Source of the DNA: a virus
Lineage: Duplodnaviria; Heunggongvirae; Uroviricota; Caudoviricetes
DNA: 7,692 nt
Virus record (IMG/VR): IMGVR_UViG_3300005715_000009
Span: 1 to 7,692 of that record
Strand: one strand, 5' to 3'
Translations under genes and position numbers: made by a program
Shown: one piece after another, positions 1 through 7,692 of the stretch
How positions within the stretch are numbered: the first letter of the stretch is position 1
Layout of the letters: every line of letters starts with the position of its first letter
The notes under the pieces: generated by a model
What the model saw: the letters and a program-made list of their open reading frames with translations, nothing else
What the model was told of the DNA's origin: nothing
Databases searched by the model: none

Positions 1-60
1 CCACTGAAAGATGAACCTCCTGCCTTATGGCAAAAAAGATTCTTTGTGGTGGCGGACTGA
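1..60 (+). CDS. 3' end of an upstream gene (last 19 codons, ...PLKDEPPALWQKRFFVVAD, stop TGA 58-60); identity unknown, by synteny possibly the end of the lysis cassette
   Basis: Frame 1 is open from the window edge to TGA at 58-60. No start codon is visible, so this is a truncated fragment. Function is not inferable from 19 residues. Confidence 0.3.
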   Translation, partial: PLKDEPPALWQKRFFVVAD

Positions 61-108
61 TGGAAAGACATCCGCTGAATCGATAACGAACAAGTGGAAG
101 ATGTTGCG

Positions 109-282
109 ATGGTTTCCGTAAACAAAGACCAGAAGGAAGGCGTTGAATACATCACTGGTGCTGATGGTGTGAAAAGGCCAATGGCTTATTACAAAGCGGC
201 TGAAGAGAGGGCAAGAATGGAAAATATCCCTAAATGCGGCTCATTTTTCGACATGCTGAACCTTCAGCAATGGAAGTTGTGA
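109..282 (+). CDS. small hypothetical protein (57 aa from ATG 109; 62 aa if the GTG at 94 is used)
   Basis: ORF from the six-frame track (94..282). ATG at 109 has a GGAAG Shine-Dalgarno-like motif about 8 nt upstream (96-100). It is followed directly by a hairpin plus T-run (292-315). I recognise no family. Confidence 0.4.
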   Translation: MVSVNKDQKEGVEYITGADGVKRPMAYYKAAEERARMENIPKCGSFFDMLNLQQWKL

Positions 283-291
283 ACAACTAAC

Positions 292-315
292 AGGTCGCTC
301 AGGCGGCCTTTTTAT
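292..315 (+). terminator. putative rho-independent terminator downstream of the small ORF
   Basis: Stem AGGTCGC (292-298), loop TCAG, stem GCGGCCT (303-309): 7 bp including one G.U pair. It is followed by TTTTTAT (309-315). Confidence 0.45.
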
Positions 316-358
316 CGCCATCACAAAAACATCTTTAACAACCAACAAGGTCATAATT

Positions 359-739
359 ATGAACGACCAGCAAATCGAAAAAGAAATCGTTGAGAAAGGC
401 AAAACAGCCCCGCGAATCACTCCTCAGCACATCGAAGACGTGATTAAAAGCGAGCATTACTTTACTGCTTATGATGGACGTAATGGTGCCATTTCCAGCA
501 ACGAATATTGTGGCAGGGAAAAACCAGAAGAAGACGATCGTGATTTATCACCATTGAAGTTGCTCACTTTCTGCGTACTGGTGCTGAAGAATGGCTTCAC
601 CGTCACCGGAGAGAGTGCCTGTGCAAGCCCTGAAAACTTTGATGCAGAAATTGGTCGGAAGATTGCCCGGCAGAATGCTGTAAACAAAATCTGGATGCTT
701 GAAGGTTACTTGCTGAAGCAGAAGCTAAGCGAACAGTAG
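359..739 (+). CDS. phage protein resembling the N4 gp49 / Sf6 gp66 family (Pfam Phage_gp49_66-like), function unknown
   Basis: 126-aa ORF with an AAGG motif about 8 nt upstream of the ATG. The C-terminal half (CVLVLKNGFTVTGESACASPENFDAEIGRKIARQNAVNKIWMLEGYLL) matches the core I recall for this family, which commonly sits between lysis and terminase genes in P22/Sf6-like phages. Family assignment is from memory, not a search. Confidence 0.7.
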   Translation: MNDQQIEKEIVEKGKTAPRITPQHIEDVIKSEHYFTAYDGRNGAISSNEYCGREKPEEDDRDLSPLKLLTFCVLVLKNGFTVTGESACASPENFDAEIGRKIARQNAVNKIWMLEGYLLKQKLSEQ

Positions 740-842
740 TTATTACAAAAGCCATTCCCTACAGAGTGGCTTTGATAATGGCTTATACCCTGCACGGGAT
801 AACTTAACTGATATCCCTTTTAACGGATAAACGGAGCCAATA

Positions 843-1085
843 ATGGCAGAGATTATTCCCATGACTGAAGAACAGAAATTCCAGCTAGAGATTTACAAAC
901 TGGTAATGAACCAGAACGCAGCCGCAGAAGAAGCATTTCAATTCATTGGCACTGACGAGCTGAAGCTTGAGCTATTTAAAATTCACTTCCAGTCAGGCGG
1001 CGCTAATTCAGATATCACGACCCGCACTATCGAAGCGGTGCGTAAATCGAAGGAAGCGTTAGACCTGTTCACTACCGGAGCATGA
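843..1085 (+). CDS. hypothetical protein, 80 aa, at the position of P22 orf80 (immediately upstream of the small terminase gene)
   Basis: ORF with GGAG (832-835) 7 nt upstream of ATG 843. Size and position match the orf80 slot in the P22 gene order as I recall it. Homology not verified. Confidence 0.65.
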   Translation: MAEIIPMTEEQKFQLEIYKLVMNQNAAAEEAFQFIGTDELKLELFKIHFQSGGANSDITTRTIEAVRKSKEALDLFTTGA

Positions 1086-1120
1086 TGCTCAACCTGAAAT
1101 AACAACTAAGTGAGATAAAT

Positions 1121-1609
1121 ATGGCAGCACCAAAGGGCAACCGATTTTGGGAGGCCCGCAGTAGTCATGGGCGAAATCCTAAATTCGAATCGCCTGAGGC
1201 GCTGTGGGCTGCTTGTTGTGAATACTTCGAGTGGGTGGAAGCTAACCCGCTATGGGAGATGAAGGCGTTCTCGTATCAGGGGGAAGTGATACAAGAGCCT
1301 ATCGCCAAGATGCGAGCGATGACCATTACCGGACTCACTCTGTTCATTGATGTGACGCTTGAAACATGGCGAACATATCGCCTGCGAGAAGATTTATCTG
1401 AAGTCGTTACGCGAGCAGAGCAGGTCATCTACGACCAGAAATTCTCTGGCGCAGCCGCTGACCTTCTCAACGCTAACATCATCGCCCGTGATTTGGGCCT
1501 CAAAGAGCAGTCGCAAGTTGAAGACGTGACACCTGATAAGGGAGATCGCGATAAGCGGCGCTCTCGTATCAAGGAGCTATTCAACCGTGGAACTGGACGC
1601 GATTCTTGA
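1121..1609 (+). CDS. 3: terminase small subunit (P22 gp3-type, 162 aa)
   Basis: The protein ([48 protein letters not shown]...) matches the P22 gp3 sequence and length as I recall them. The gene contains the P22 pac sequence and overlaps the start of the large terminase gene by 23 nt. Confidence 0.93.
   Translation: MAAPKGNRFWEARSSHGRNPKFESPEALWAACCEYFEWVEANPLWEMKAFSYQGEVIQEPIAKMRAMTITGLTLFIDVTLETWRTYRLREDLSEVVTRAEQVIYDQKFSGAAADLLNANIIARDLGLKEQSQVEDVTPDKGDRDKRRSRIKELFNRGTGRDS
1388..1410 (+). other. pac site (headful packaging initiation site) embedded in the small terminase gene
   Basis: GAAGATTTATCTGAAGTCGTTAC at 1388-1410 matches the ~22-bp P22 pac site as I recall it from the literature. 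It lies in gene 3 codons for ...EDLSEVVT..., where the P22 pac site is located. Confidence 0.6.
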
Positions 1610-3086
1610 TAACTTGAGCGACGAAGAGCAAATAGAATTGCTCGAGCTACTCGAAGAAGAAGAGAACTACCGGAACACACACCTGCTATATGAATTTACG
1701 CCATACAGCAAACAGCGTGAGTTCATCGACGCCGGGCATGACTATCCAGAGCGATGTTTTATGGCTGGTAACCAGCTTGGTAAGTCATTTACTGGTGCTG
1801 CTGAAGTCGCGTTTCACCTTACCGGGCGTTATCCTGGCACAAAAGGCTATCCTGCTGATGGTAAATATGGCGGTGAGTGGAAAGGTAAGCGTTTCTATGA
1901 GCCTGTTGTCTTCTGGATTGGCGGCGAGACAAACGAGACGGTAACCAAAACGACTCAACGCATCCTGTGCGGTCGTATCGAAGAGAATGATGAACCTGGC
2001 TACGGTTCCATACCGAAAGAAGACATCATTAGCTGGAAGAAGTCTCCTTTCTTTCCGAACCTTGTTGATCATCTTCTGGTTAAGCATCACACGGCTGATG
2101 GCGTTGAAGATGGCATTTCAATCTGCTACTTCAAGCCATACTCGCAAGGCCGTGCTCGCTGGCAGGGTGACACAATCCACGGCGTGTGGTTTGACGAAGA
2201 GCCACCATACAGCATTTATGGCGAAGGTCTTACCCGCACCAACAAATACGGGCAATTCTCAATTCTGACGTTTACCCCGCTAATGGGGATGTCTGACGTT
2301 GTTACCAAGTTCCTGAAGAATCCCAGCAAGTCGCAGAAAGTGGTCAACATGACCATCTATGACGCTGAGCACTACACCGACGAGCAGAAAGAGCAAATCA
2401 TCGCATCCTATCCTGAGCATGAGAGAGAGGCGCGTGCTCGCGGTATTCCTACGATGGGTAGCGGTCGAATCTTCCAGATACCGGAAGAGACGATTAAGTG
2501 TCAGCCGTTCGAGTGTCCTGATCACTTCTACGTAATTGGCGGGATGGATTTCGGATGGGATCACCCTCAGGCGCAGGTTCAGCTTTGGTGGGATAAGGAC
2601 GCAGACATAATCTACCTTTCACGCGTGTGGAAGGCGAAAGAAAAGACAGCCGTTCAGGCGTGGGGAGCTGTTAAACCATGGGCGCATAAAGTGCCAACCG
2701 CATGGCCTCATGACGGAAACCAGCACGAGAAGGGCGGCGGTGAGCAGCTCAAAGGGCAGTATGCGGACGCTGGATTTATGATGTTGCAGGAGCATGCGAC
2801 ATGGCCTGATGGCGGTAACGCTGTTGAGCCTGGCATCACTGAATTGCGAGACATGATGCTCGACGGTCGCTTCAAAGTATTCAACACCTGTGAGCCATTC
2901 TTTGAGGAGTTCCGCCTCTATCACCGTGATGAAAACGGGAAAATCGTCAAGCTTAACGACGACGTGCTATCCGCTGTTCGCTATGCATACATGATGCGCC
3001 GCTTCGCAAAAATGATGCGCGACATCAAAAAACCAAAAGAGAAAAAGATACCAGCCCCAATCAGGCCCATCGCACGGAGAACTTAA
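1587..3086 (+). CDS. 2: terminase large subunit (P22 gp2-type, 499 aa; ATPase plus nuclease)
   Basis: 499-aa ORF starting inside the 3' end of gene 3. Sequence and length match P22 gp2 as I recall it, and the stop TAA (3084-3086) directly abuts the portal ATG. Confidence 0.95.
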   Translation: MELDAILDNLSDEEQIELLELLEEEENYRNTHLLYEFTPYSKQREFIDAGHDYPERCFMAGNQLGKSFTGAAEVAFHLTGRYPGTKGYPADGKYGGEWKGKRFYEPVVFWIGGETNETVTKTTQRILCGRIEENDEPGYGSIPKEDIISWKKSPFFPNLVDHLLVKHHTADGVEDGISICYFKPYSQGRARWQGDTIHGVWFDEEPPYSIYGEGLTRTNKYGQFSILTFTPLMGMSDVVTKFLKNPSKSQKVVNMTIYDAEHYTDEQKEQIIASYPEHEREARARGIPTMGSGRIFQIPEETIKCQPFECPDHFYVIGGMDFGWDHPQAQVQLWWDKDADIIYLSRVWKAKEKTAVQAWGAVKPWAHKVPTAWPHDGNQHEKGGGEQLKGQYADAGFMMLQEHATWPDGGNAVEPGITELRDMMLDGRFKVFNTCEPFFEEFRLYHRDENGKIVKLNDDVLSAVRYAYMMRRFAKMMRDIKKPKEKKIPAPIRPIARRT

Positions 3087-5252
3087 ATGGCCGACGAAAA
3101 CAGACTCAATTCCATTCTGTGTAAGTTTGACGCAGACTGGATGGCGAGCGATGAAGCCAGAACCGAGGCGACAAATGACCTGTATTTTAGCCGAGTGTCG
3201 CAATGGGATGACTGGCTATCAAACTACACCACCCTGCAATATCGCGGACAATTCGATGTTGTTCGCCCGGTGGTCAGGAAGCTGGTCGCAGAGATGCGCC
3301 GGAACCCTATCGACGTTCTCTTCAGGCCAAAAGACGGCGCTAATCCTGATGCTGCCGATGTGCTGATGGGGATGTATCGTACTGATATGCGCCATAATAC
3401 GGCAAAAATTGCCGTTAACGTTGGCGTTCGTGAGCAGATAGAGTCCGGCGTTGGTGCATGGCGTCTGGTCACGCAGTACGAAGACAACGATCCAACAAGC
3501 AACAATCAGGTAATCCGACGCCTGCCAATCCATGAAGCCTGCTCACACGTCATATGGGACGCCAACAGCAAGCAGATGGATAAGAGCGACGCTAAGCACT
3601 GCACGGTGATTAACGCCTTGTCGCGCAATGGCTGGAAAGAGTTCGCAGAGGATTACGGTATTGATCCGGACACCCTGCCATCTTTCCAGAATCCGAACGA
3701 CACATGGCTGTTTCCGTGGGTATCGAATGATGTCGTCTACGTCGCTGAGTATTACGAGGTAGAAGAGAAGAAAGAGAAAGTCTTCATCTACCGCGACCCG
3801 CTGACAGGTGAGCCGGTCAGCTATTACCAGCAGGATATCAAAGACGTCATCGACGACCTGGCTAATCGTGGATTCATTAAGGTAGCAGAGCGCAAGGTGA
3901 AGCGTCGGCGTGTGTATAAGTCGATCATCACCTGTACGCAGATACTGAAAGACCGCGAGAAGATAGCAGGAGAGCATATTCCAATCGTTCCAGTGTATGG
4001 TGAATGGTCATTCGCTGGTGACAAGGAGTGCTACGAAGGAGTAGTAAGGCTGACGAAAGACGGTCAACGCCTTCGTAACATGATCATGTCGTTCAACGCC
4101 GATATTGTTGCTCGTTCACCGAAGAAGAAACCTACCTTCTTCCCTGAGCAAATCGAAGGCTACGAATACATGTACGGTGGAAATGATGACTATCCGTACT
4201 ATCTGCAGAACAGGACCGATGAAAACGGTAACGACCTGCCGATTGGTCCAATCTCCTACATGGAAAACCCTGAAGTGCCGCAAGCCAACGCTTACATGCT
4301 TGAGGCTGCCACCAACGCAGTGAAAGAGGTGGCTAGTCTTGGCGTGGATGCGCAGGCAGCAAACTCTCAGGTCGCTTTCGATACCGTCAATCAACTGAAC
4401 ATGCGGGCAGACCTTGAGACATACGTGTTTCAGGATAACCTGGCTACCGCAATGCGACGTGATGGCGAGATTTATGCCTCAATGGTCAACGATATTTATG
4501 ACGTACCTCGTCATGTAACGCTGACACTTGAAGATGGAAGCGAGAAAGACGTTCAACTCTATGCGCAAGTTGTCGATTACCAGTCCGGCAATGTGGTCAC
4601 ACTCAACGACATTCGCGGTCGCTATGAGTGCTATACAGACGTCGGACCATCCTTCCAGAGTATGAAGGAACAGAACCGCGCAGAGATTCAGGAGTTGCTC
4701 ACCAAGGTTCCGCAAGGTACTCCAGAGTTCCAGATGCTGATGCTGCAATACTTCACGCTGCTTGACGGTAAAGGCGTCGAGATGATGCGAGAGTACGCGA
4801 ACAAGCAACTGGTGATGATGGGGCTGAAGAAACCAGAAACACCTGAAGAGATGGAGATGGTGCAACAGGCGCAACAGCAGCCGCAGCAGCCATCAGCAGA
4901 GCAAATTCAGGCGCAGGGTATCCTTCTGCAAGGTCAGGCTGAATTGCTCAAGGCAGAGAACCAACAGGCGCAGATTCAGGTTGAAGCCGCCAAGGTTGAA
5001 GCCCAAAACCAACTCAACGCCGCGAAGATTGCAGAAATCTTCAACAATATGGATCTCGACAAGCAGGCAGAACTGCGTGAGTACCTCAAGCTCGTAGGTC
5101 AATTCCAGCAACAGCGCAGCAAAGACGCTCGTGCTAACGCTGAGCTGCTTCTTAAAGATGCAGACCAGACTCATTCACAACGCATGGATTTCGCGAATCT
5201 TATGCGTCAAGTTCAAATCCCCTCCGGCGGAGTAGCCGAGACACCTCAATAA
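3087..5252 (+). CDS. 1: portal protein (P22 gp1-type, 721 aa) with Gln/Ala-rich C-terminal helical barrel region
   Basis: 721-aa ORF. Conserved blocks ([79 protein letters not shown]) and the Q-rich C-terminus ending SGGVAETPQ match P22 gp1 (725 aa) as I recall it. Confidence 0.95.
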   Translation: MADENRLNSILCKFDADWMASDEARTEATNDLYFSRVSQWDDWLSNYTTLQYRGQFDVVRPVVRKLVAEMRRNPIDVLFRPKDGANPDAADVLMGMYRTDMRHNTAKIAVNVGVREQIESGVGAWRLVTQYEDNDPTSNNQVIRRLPIHEACSHVIWDANSKQMDKSDAKHCTVINALSRNGWKEFAEDYGIDPDTLPSFQNPNDTWLFPWVSNDVVYVAEYYEVEEKKEKVFIYRDPLTGEPVSYYQQDIKDVIDDLANRGFIKVAERKVKRRRVYKSIITCTQILKDREKIAGEHIPIVPVYGEWSFAGDKECYEGVVRLTKDGQRLRNMIMSFNADIVARSPKKKPTFFPEQIEGYEYMYGGNDDYPYYLQNRTDENGNDLPIGPISYMENPEVPQANAYMLEAATNAVKEVASLGVDAQAANSQVAFDTVNQLNMRADLETYVFQDNLATAMRRDGEIYASMVNDIYDVPRHVTLTLEDGSEKDVQLYAQVVDYQSGNVVTLNDIRGRYECYTDVGPSFQSMKEQNRAEIQELLTKVPQGTPEFQMLMLQYFTLLDGKGVEMMREYANKQLVMMGLKKPETPEEMEMVQQAQQQPQQPSAEQIQAQGILLQGQAELLKAENQQAQIQVEAAKVEAQNQLNAAKIAEIFNNMDLDKQAELREYLKLVGQFQQQRSKDARANAELLLKDADQTHSQRMDFANLMRQVQIPSGGVAETPQ

Positions 5253-5265
5253 GAGAGAGTTAATC

Positions 5266-6177
5266 ATGGACCAAACCACCGACATTCAGGCTTCTGAAGA
5301 ATTAACCCTGCCCGGCAATCATGCAGCGGCATCTGCTGATGGCTTAGTTGTCGATAATGCCAACGACAGCGCAGGTCAGGAAGAAGGCTTTGAGATTGTC
5401 CTGAAAGACGATGAGAAACCAAAACAAGACCCGGCAACTAATGCTGAATTTGCCCGTCGCCGCATCGAACGCAAACGCCAGCGTGAGCTTGAGCAGCAGA
5501 TGGAAGCAGTTAAGCGTGGAGAGTTGCCGGAGCACCTGCGGGTGAACCCTGAGTTACCAAAACAACCAGACCCTAACGATTATCTTTCCGAAGATGCACT
5601 GGCTAAGTACGACTATGACCAGAGCCGCGCACTGGCTGCCTTCCAGCAGGCAAACAGTGAATGGCAGATCAAGGCTATGGACGCACGAAGCCAGGCTGTC
5701 GCCGAGCAGGGTCGCAAAACTCAGGAGTTCACCCAGCAATCAGCGCAATACGTCGAGGCAGCCCGTAAGCACTACGACGCAGCGGAAAAGCTCAATATCC
5801 CTGACTATCAGGAGAAAGAGGATGCATTCATGCAACTGGTGCCGCCAGCAGTCGGTGCCGACATCATGCGCCTCTTCCCGGAGAAATCCGCCGCTCTCAT
5901 GTATCACCTTGGTGCTAATCCTGAGAAAACACGCCAGTTGCTGGCGATGGACGGGCAATCCGCGCTGATTGAACTCACTCGACTGTCAGAGCGTTTAACT
6001 CTCAAGCCTCGAGCCAAGCCTGTTTCAGAAGCCCCGTTACCTGATGAACCCATTCAGGGACATGCTGTTGCTGCAAATATCTCTGCGATTGAAAAGCAGA
6101 TGGAGGCGGCAGCAAGCAAAGGGGATGTAGAGACGTACCGCAAGCTCAAGGCGCAACTGAATAAAGGAATTCGATAA
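5266..6177 (+). CDS. 8: scaffolding protein (P22 gp8-type, 303 aa)
   Basis: 303-aa ORF with GAGAGAG ribosome-binding site upstream. Highly charged, helical-looking sequence. The C-terminus (...[20 protein letters not shown]) matches the basic coat-binding helix-turn-helix end of P22 gp8. Confidence 0.93.
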   Translation: MDQTTDIQASEELTLPGNHAAASADGLVVDNANDSAGQEEGFEIVLKDDEKPKQDPATNAEFARRRIERKRQRELEQQMEAVKRGELPEHLRVNPELPKQPDPNDYLSEDALAKYDYDQSRALAAFQQANSEWQIKAMDARSQAVAEQGRKTQEFTQQSAQYVEAARKHYDAAEKLNIPDYQEKEDAFMQLVPPAVGADIMRLFPEKSAALMYHLGANPEKTRQLLAMDGQSALIELTRLSERLTLKPRAKPVSEAPLPDEPIQGHAVAANISAIEKQMEAAASKGDVETYRKLKAQLNKGIR

Positions 6178-7472
6178 TGGCATTAAATGAAGGTCAACTG
6201 GTCACGTATGCTCTGGATGAAATCATCGAAACCGTCAAGAACCTGACGCCAATGGCGTCCAAAGTGACAAAATACACCCCTCCGGCAGAATCCATGCAAC
6301 GTTCAAGCAACACCGTGTGGATGCCTGTTGAGCAGGAAGCGCCAACTCAGACTGGCTGGGATTTAACTGGCAACGCAACCGGGATTCTGGAGCTGTCCGT
6401 GAAATGCAACATGGGCGATCCGGATAACGATTTCTTCGAGCTTCGTGCAGATGACCTGCGTGATGAGCGTTCTTACCGTCGCCGCATCCAGGCATCCGCC
6501 AAAAAACTGGCGAATAACATTGAGTCAGCAATTGCCAAACAGGCAACTGAAATGGGCTCACTTGTTGTTCACGATACCCGCGCAATTGGTCCATCTACTG
6601 GCCTGTCTGGCTGGGATTTTGTGTCTGATGCAGAGCGCCTGATGTTCTCCCGTGAGCTAAACCGCGATATGGGCATCAGTTACTTCCTGAACCCTGACGA
6701 TTACCGCAAAGCAGGCCGCAACCTGGTAGATGGTGACATCTTCGGGCGCGTTCCTGAAGACGCGTATCGCAACGGTACTATTCAGCGTCAGATTGCTGGC
6801 TTTGATGAAATTCTTCGCTCACCGAAACTTCCGGCAGTTACCAAGTCAACCGCTACTGGTGTAACTGTTTCTGGTGCGCAGAAGTTTAAGCCGCAGGCAT
6901 ACACCCTTGATACCGATGGTAACAAAGAGAACGTCGACAACCGTGTTGCAACGGTGACCGTATCCTCCACCACCGGGTTTAAGCGCGGCGACAAAATCAG
7001 CTTCACTGGTGTGAAATTCCTGTCTCAGATGGCGAAGAATGTGCTGACTGATGATGCGACTTTCTCAATCACCCGTGTGATCGATGGTACTCACATCGAA
7101 ATCACGCCGAAGCCGATTGCGCTTGATGACGCTTCACTGACAAAAGAAGAGAAGGCTTACGCTAACGTAAACACCTCTCTTGCTGATGCCACTCCGGTAA
7201 ACGTTCTGAACGTGGCAACAACCACCGCTAACGTGTTCTGGGCTGATGACTCAATCCGCCTGCTGTCTCAGCCGATCCCGGTAACCCATGAACTGTTTGA
7301 TGGTATGAAAACGTCTTCCTTCAGCATTCCTGGCATTGGTGTTAACGGCATCTTCGCAACGCAGGGTGATATCAACACTCTGTCTGGTAAGTGCCGTATT
7401 GCTGTGTGGTATTCAGCATGTGCTGTACGACCAGAGGCAATTGGCGTTGGTCTGCCTAACCAGACTGCGTGA
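6177..7472 (+). CDS. 5: major capsid (coat) protein (P22 gp5-type, HK97 fold with inserted I-domain, 431 aa)
   Basis: 431-aa ORF with start overlapping the scaffold stop (TAATG at 6175-6179). Sequence (MALNEGQ..., [46 protein letters not shown]) matches P22 coat protein (430 aa) as I recall it. Confidence 0.95.
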   Translation: MALNEGQLVTYALDEIIETVKNLTPMASKVTKYTPPAESMQRSSNTVWMPVEQEAPTQTGWDLTGNATGILELSVKCNMGDPDNDFFELRADDLRDERSYRRRIQASAKKLANNIESAIAKQATEMGSLVVHDTRAIGPSTGLSGWDFVSDAERLMFSRELNRDMGISYFLNPDDYRKAGRNLVDGDIFGRVPEDAYRNGTIQRQIAGFDEILRSPKLPAVTKSTATGVTVSGAQKFKPQAYTLDTDGNKENVDNRVATVTVSSTTGFKRGDKISFTGVKFLSQMAKNVLTDDATFSITRVIDGTHIEITPKPIALDDASLTKEEKAYANVNTSLADATPVNVLNVATTTANVFWADDSIRLLSQPIPVTHELFDGMKTSSFSIPGIGVNGIFATQGDINTLSGKCRIAVWYSACAVRPEAIGVGLPNQTA

Positions 7473-7478
7473 TAACCA

Positions 7479-7502
7479 GAGGGAGCTTCGGCTCCCTTTT
7501 TT
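7479..7502 (+). terminator. rho-independent terminator immediately downstream of the coat gene
   Basis: GC-rich perfect hairpin AGGGAGC (7480-7486), loop TTCG, GCTCCCT (7491-7497), followed by a T-run to 7502. It starts 7 nt after the coat stop. Confidence 0.7.
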
Positions 7503-7516
7503 ATCTGGAGACAAAC

Positions 7517-7692
7517 ATGACACACATGATCTTTCGTCATGGCGACATGAAGAAGTGGAAAGGCGTTGGATACGACTTTGAAATCGTGAAAGCCGAAGAG
7601 CTTCAGGAATATCTGGATGCTGGCTGGTTTGCACATCCCGATGACCTTCTGAAGGATGTTGCAGAGCCAGAGCCAGAGCCAGAGCCAGAGCC
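7517..7692 (+). CDS. hypothetical protein, 5' part only (runs off the window end); N-terminal 48 aa followed by a Glu-Pro dipeptide repeat
   Basis: ATG at 7517 with GGAG (7508-7511) 5 nt upstream. Frame is open to the window end, reading MTHMIFRHGDMKKWKGVGYDFEIVKAEELQEYLDAGWFAHPDDLLKDVAEPEPEPEPEP... The six-frame track omits it because there is no stop inside the window. It does not resemble gp4, the gene that follows coat in P22. Confidence 0.6.
   Translation, partial: MTHMIFRHGDMKKWKGVGYDFEIVKAEELQEYLDAGWFAHPDDLLKDVAEPEPEPEPE
7664..7692 (+). repeat. perfect tandem hexanucleotide repeat (GAGCCA)n, at least 4.8 copies, truncated by the window end; in frame it encodes (Glu-Pro)n
   Basis: Direct reading: gagcca gagcca gagcca gagcca gagcc from 7664 to the last base. 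The repeat is in register with the codons of the ORF that starts at 7517. Confidence 0.9.

Noticed and set aside
60-110. Possible promoter upstream of the small ORF (GATAAC as a -10-like hexamer near 82-87) and a TTGATA -35-like hexamer at 772-777
   Set aside because: No properly spaced -35/-10 pair could be found by eye. Single hexamer matches in AT-rich DNA are expected by chance.
11-118. Short frame-2 ORF (about 35 aa, MNLLPYGKKDSLWWRTDG...) overlapping the end of the upstream gene; considered as an Rz1-like embedded outer-membrane spanin
   Set aside because: It has no cysteine, so no lipobox, and no signal-peptide-like hydrophobic stretch. It is too short and carries no supporting signals. 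The identity of the upstream gene (1-60) as a spanin is itself unproven.
469-687. Minus-strand 72-aa ORF inside the 359..739 gene
   Set aside because: It is antisense to a gene with a recognisable conserved core and has a Ser/Phe-rich artefactual composition.
1690-7581. Plus-strand ORFs in alternative frames inside the structural genes (1690..1944, 1987..2268, 3127..3366, 4105..4323, 5594..5968, 6445..6642, 7336..7581)
   Set aside because: They overlap well-supported coding frames and have skewed, low-complexity compositions (for example the Arg/Ser-rich 5594..5968). I see no slippery site or other sign of programmed frameshifting, and no known embedded genes at these positions in P22-like head genes.
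1429-7636. Minus-strand ORFs of 61-144 aa in the six-frame track (for example 1785..2090, 2280..2564, 2619..2924, 3219..3533, 3543..3977, 4479..4874, 4893..5174, 6235..6594, 7268..7636)
   Set aside because: Each lies fully antisense inside a strongly supported, conserved + strand structural gene. None has a convincing ribosome-binding site, and their compositions look like frame artefacts. They are most likely chance open frames.
7664-7692. The GAGCCA tandem repeat considered as a CRISPR array or as non-coding satellite
   Set aside because: The unit is 6 nt with no spacers and is in frame within an ORF that has a good ribosome-binding site. It is a coding microsatellite, not a CRISPR array.
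7517-7692. Calling the Glu-Pro repeat protein a TonB homolog
   Set aside because: Only the dipeptide repeat resembles the TonB spacer. The N-terminal 48 residues have no transmembrane anchor or other TonB feature, so the similarity is compositional.

Overview
This window appears to be the start of the late (virion assembly) operon of a P22-like temperate phage or prophage from an enterobacterial host, with every supported gene on the + strand. In order: the last 19 codons of an upstream gene (1-60); a small accessory region (about 90-840) holding a short ORF with its own terminator and a protein resembling the N4 gp49 / Sf6 gp66 family; an 80-aa gene at the position of P22 orf80; then small terminase (gp3, with a P22-type pac site inside it), large terminase (gp2), portal (gp1), scaffolding protein (gp8) and coat protein (gp5). 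A textbook intrinsic terminator follows the coat gene, and 45 bp after the coat stop a further gene begins that I do not recognise; its coding sequence runs into a perfect (GAGCCA)n tandem repeat encoding Glu-Pro repeats and is cut off by the window end. The five core gene assignments rest on protein sequences I recognise from memory of P22 gp3/gp2/gp1/gp8/gp5; no search or alignment was run. I saw no tRNA, rRNA, CRISPR array, integrase or transposase. The core genes are well known; the parts worth a second look are the two ends of the window.
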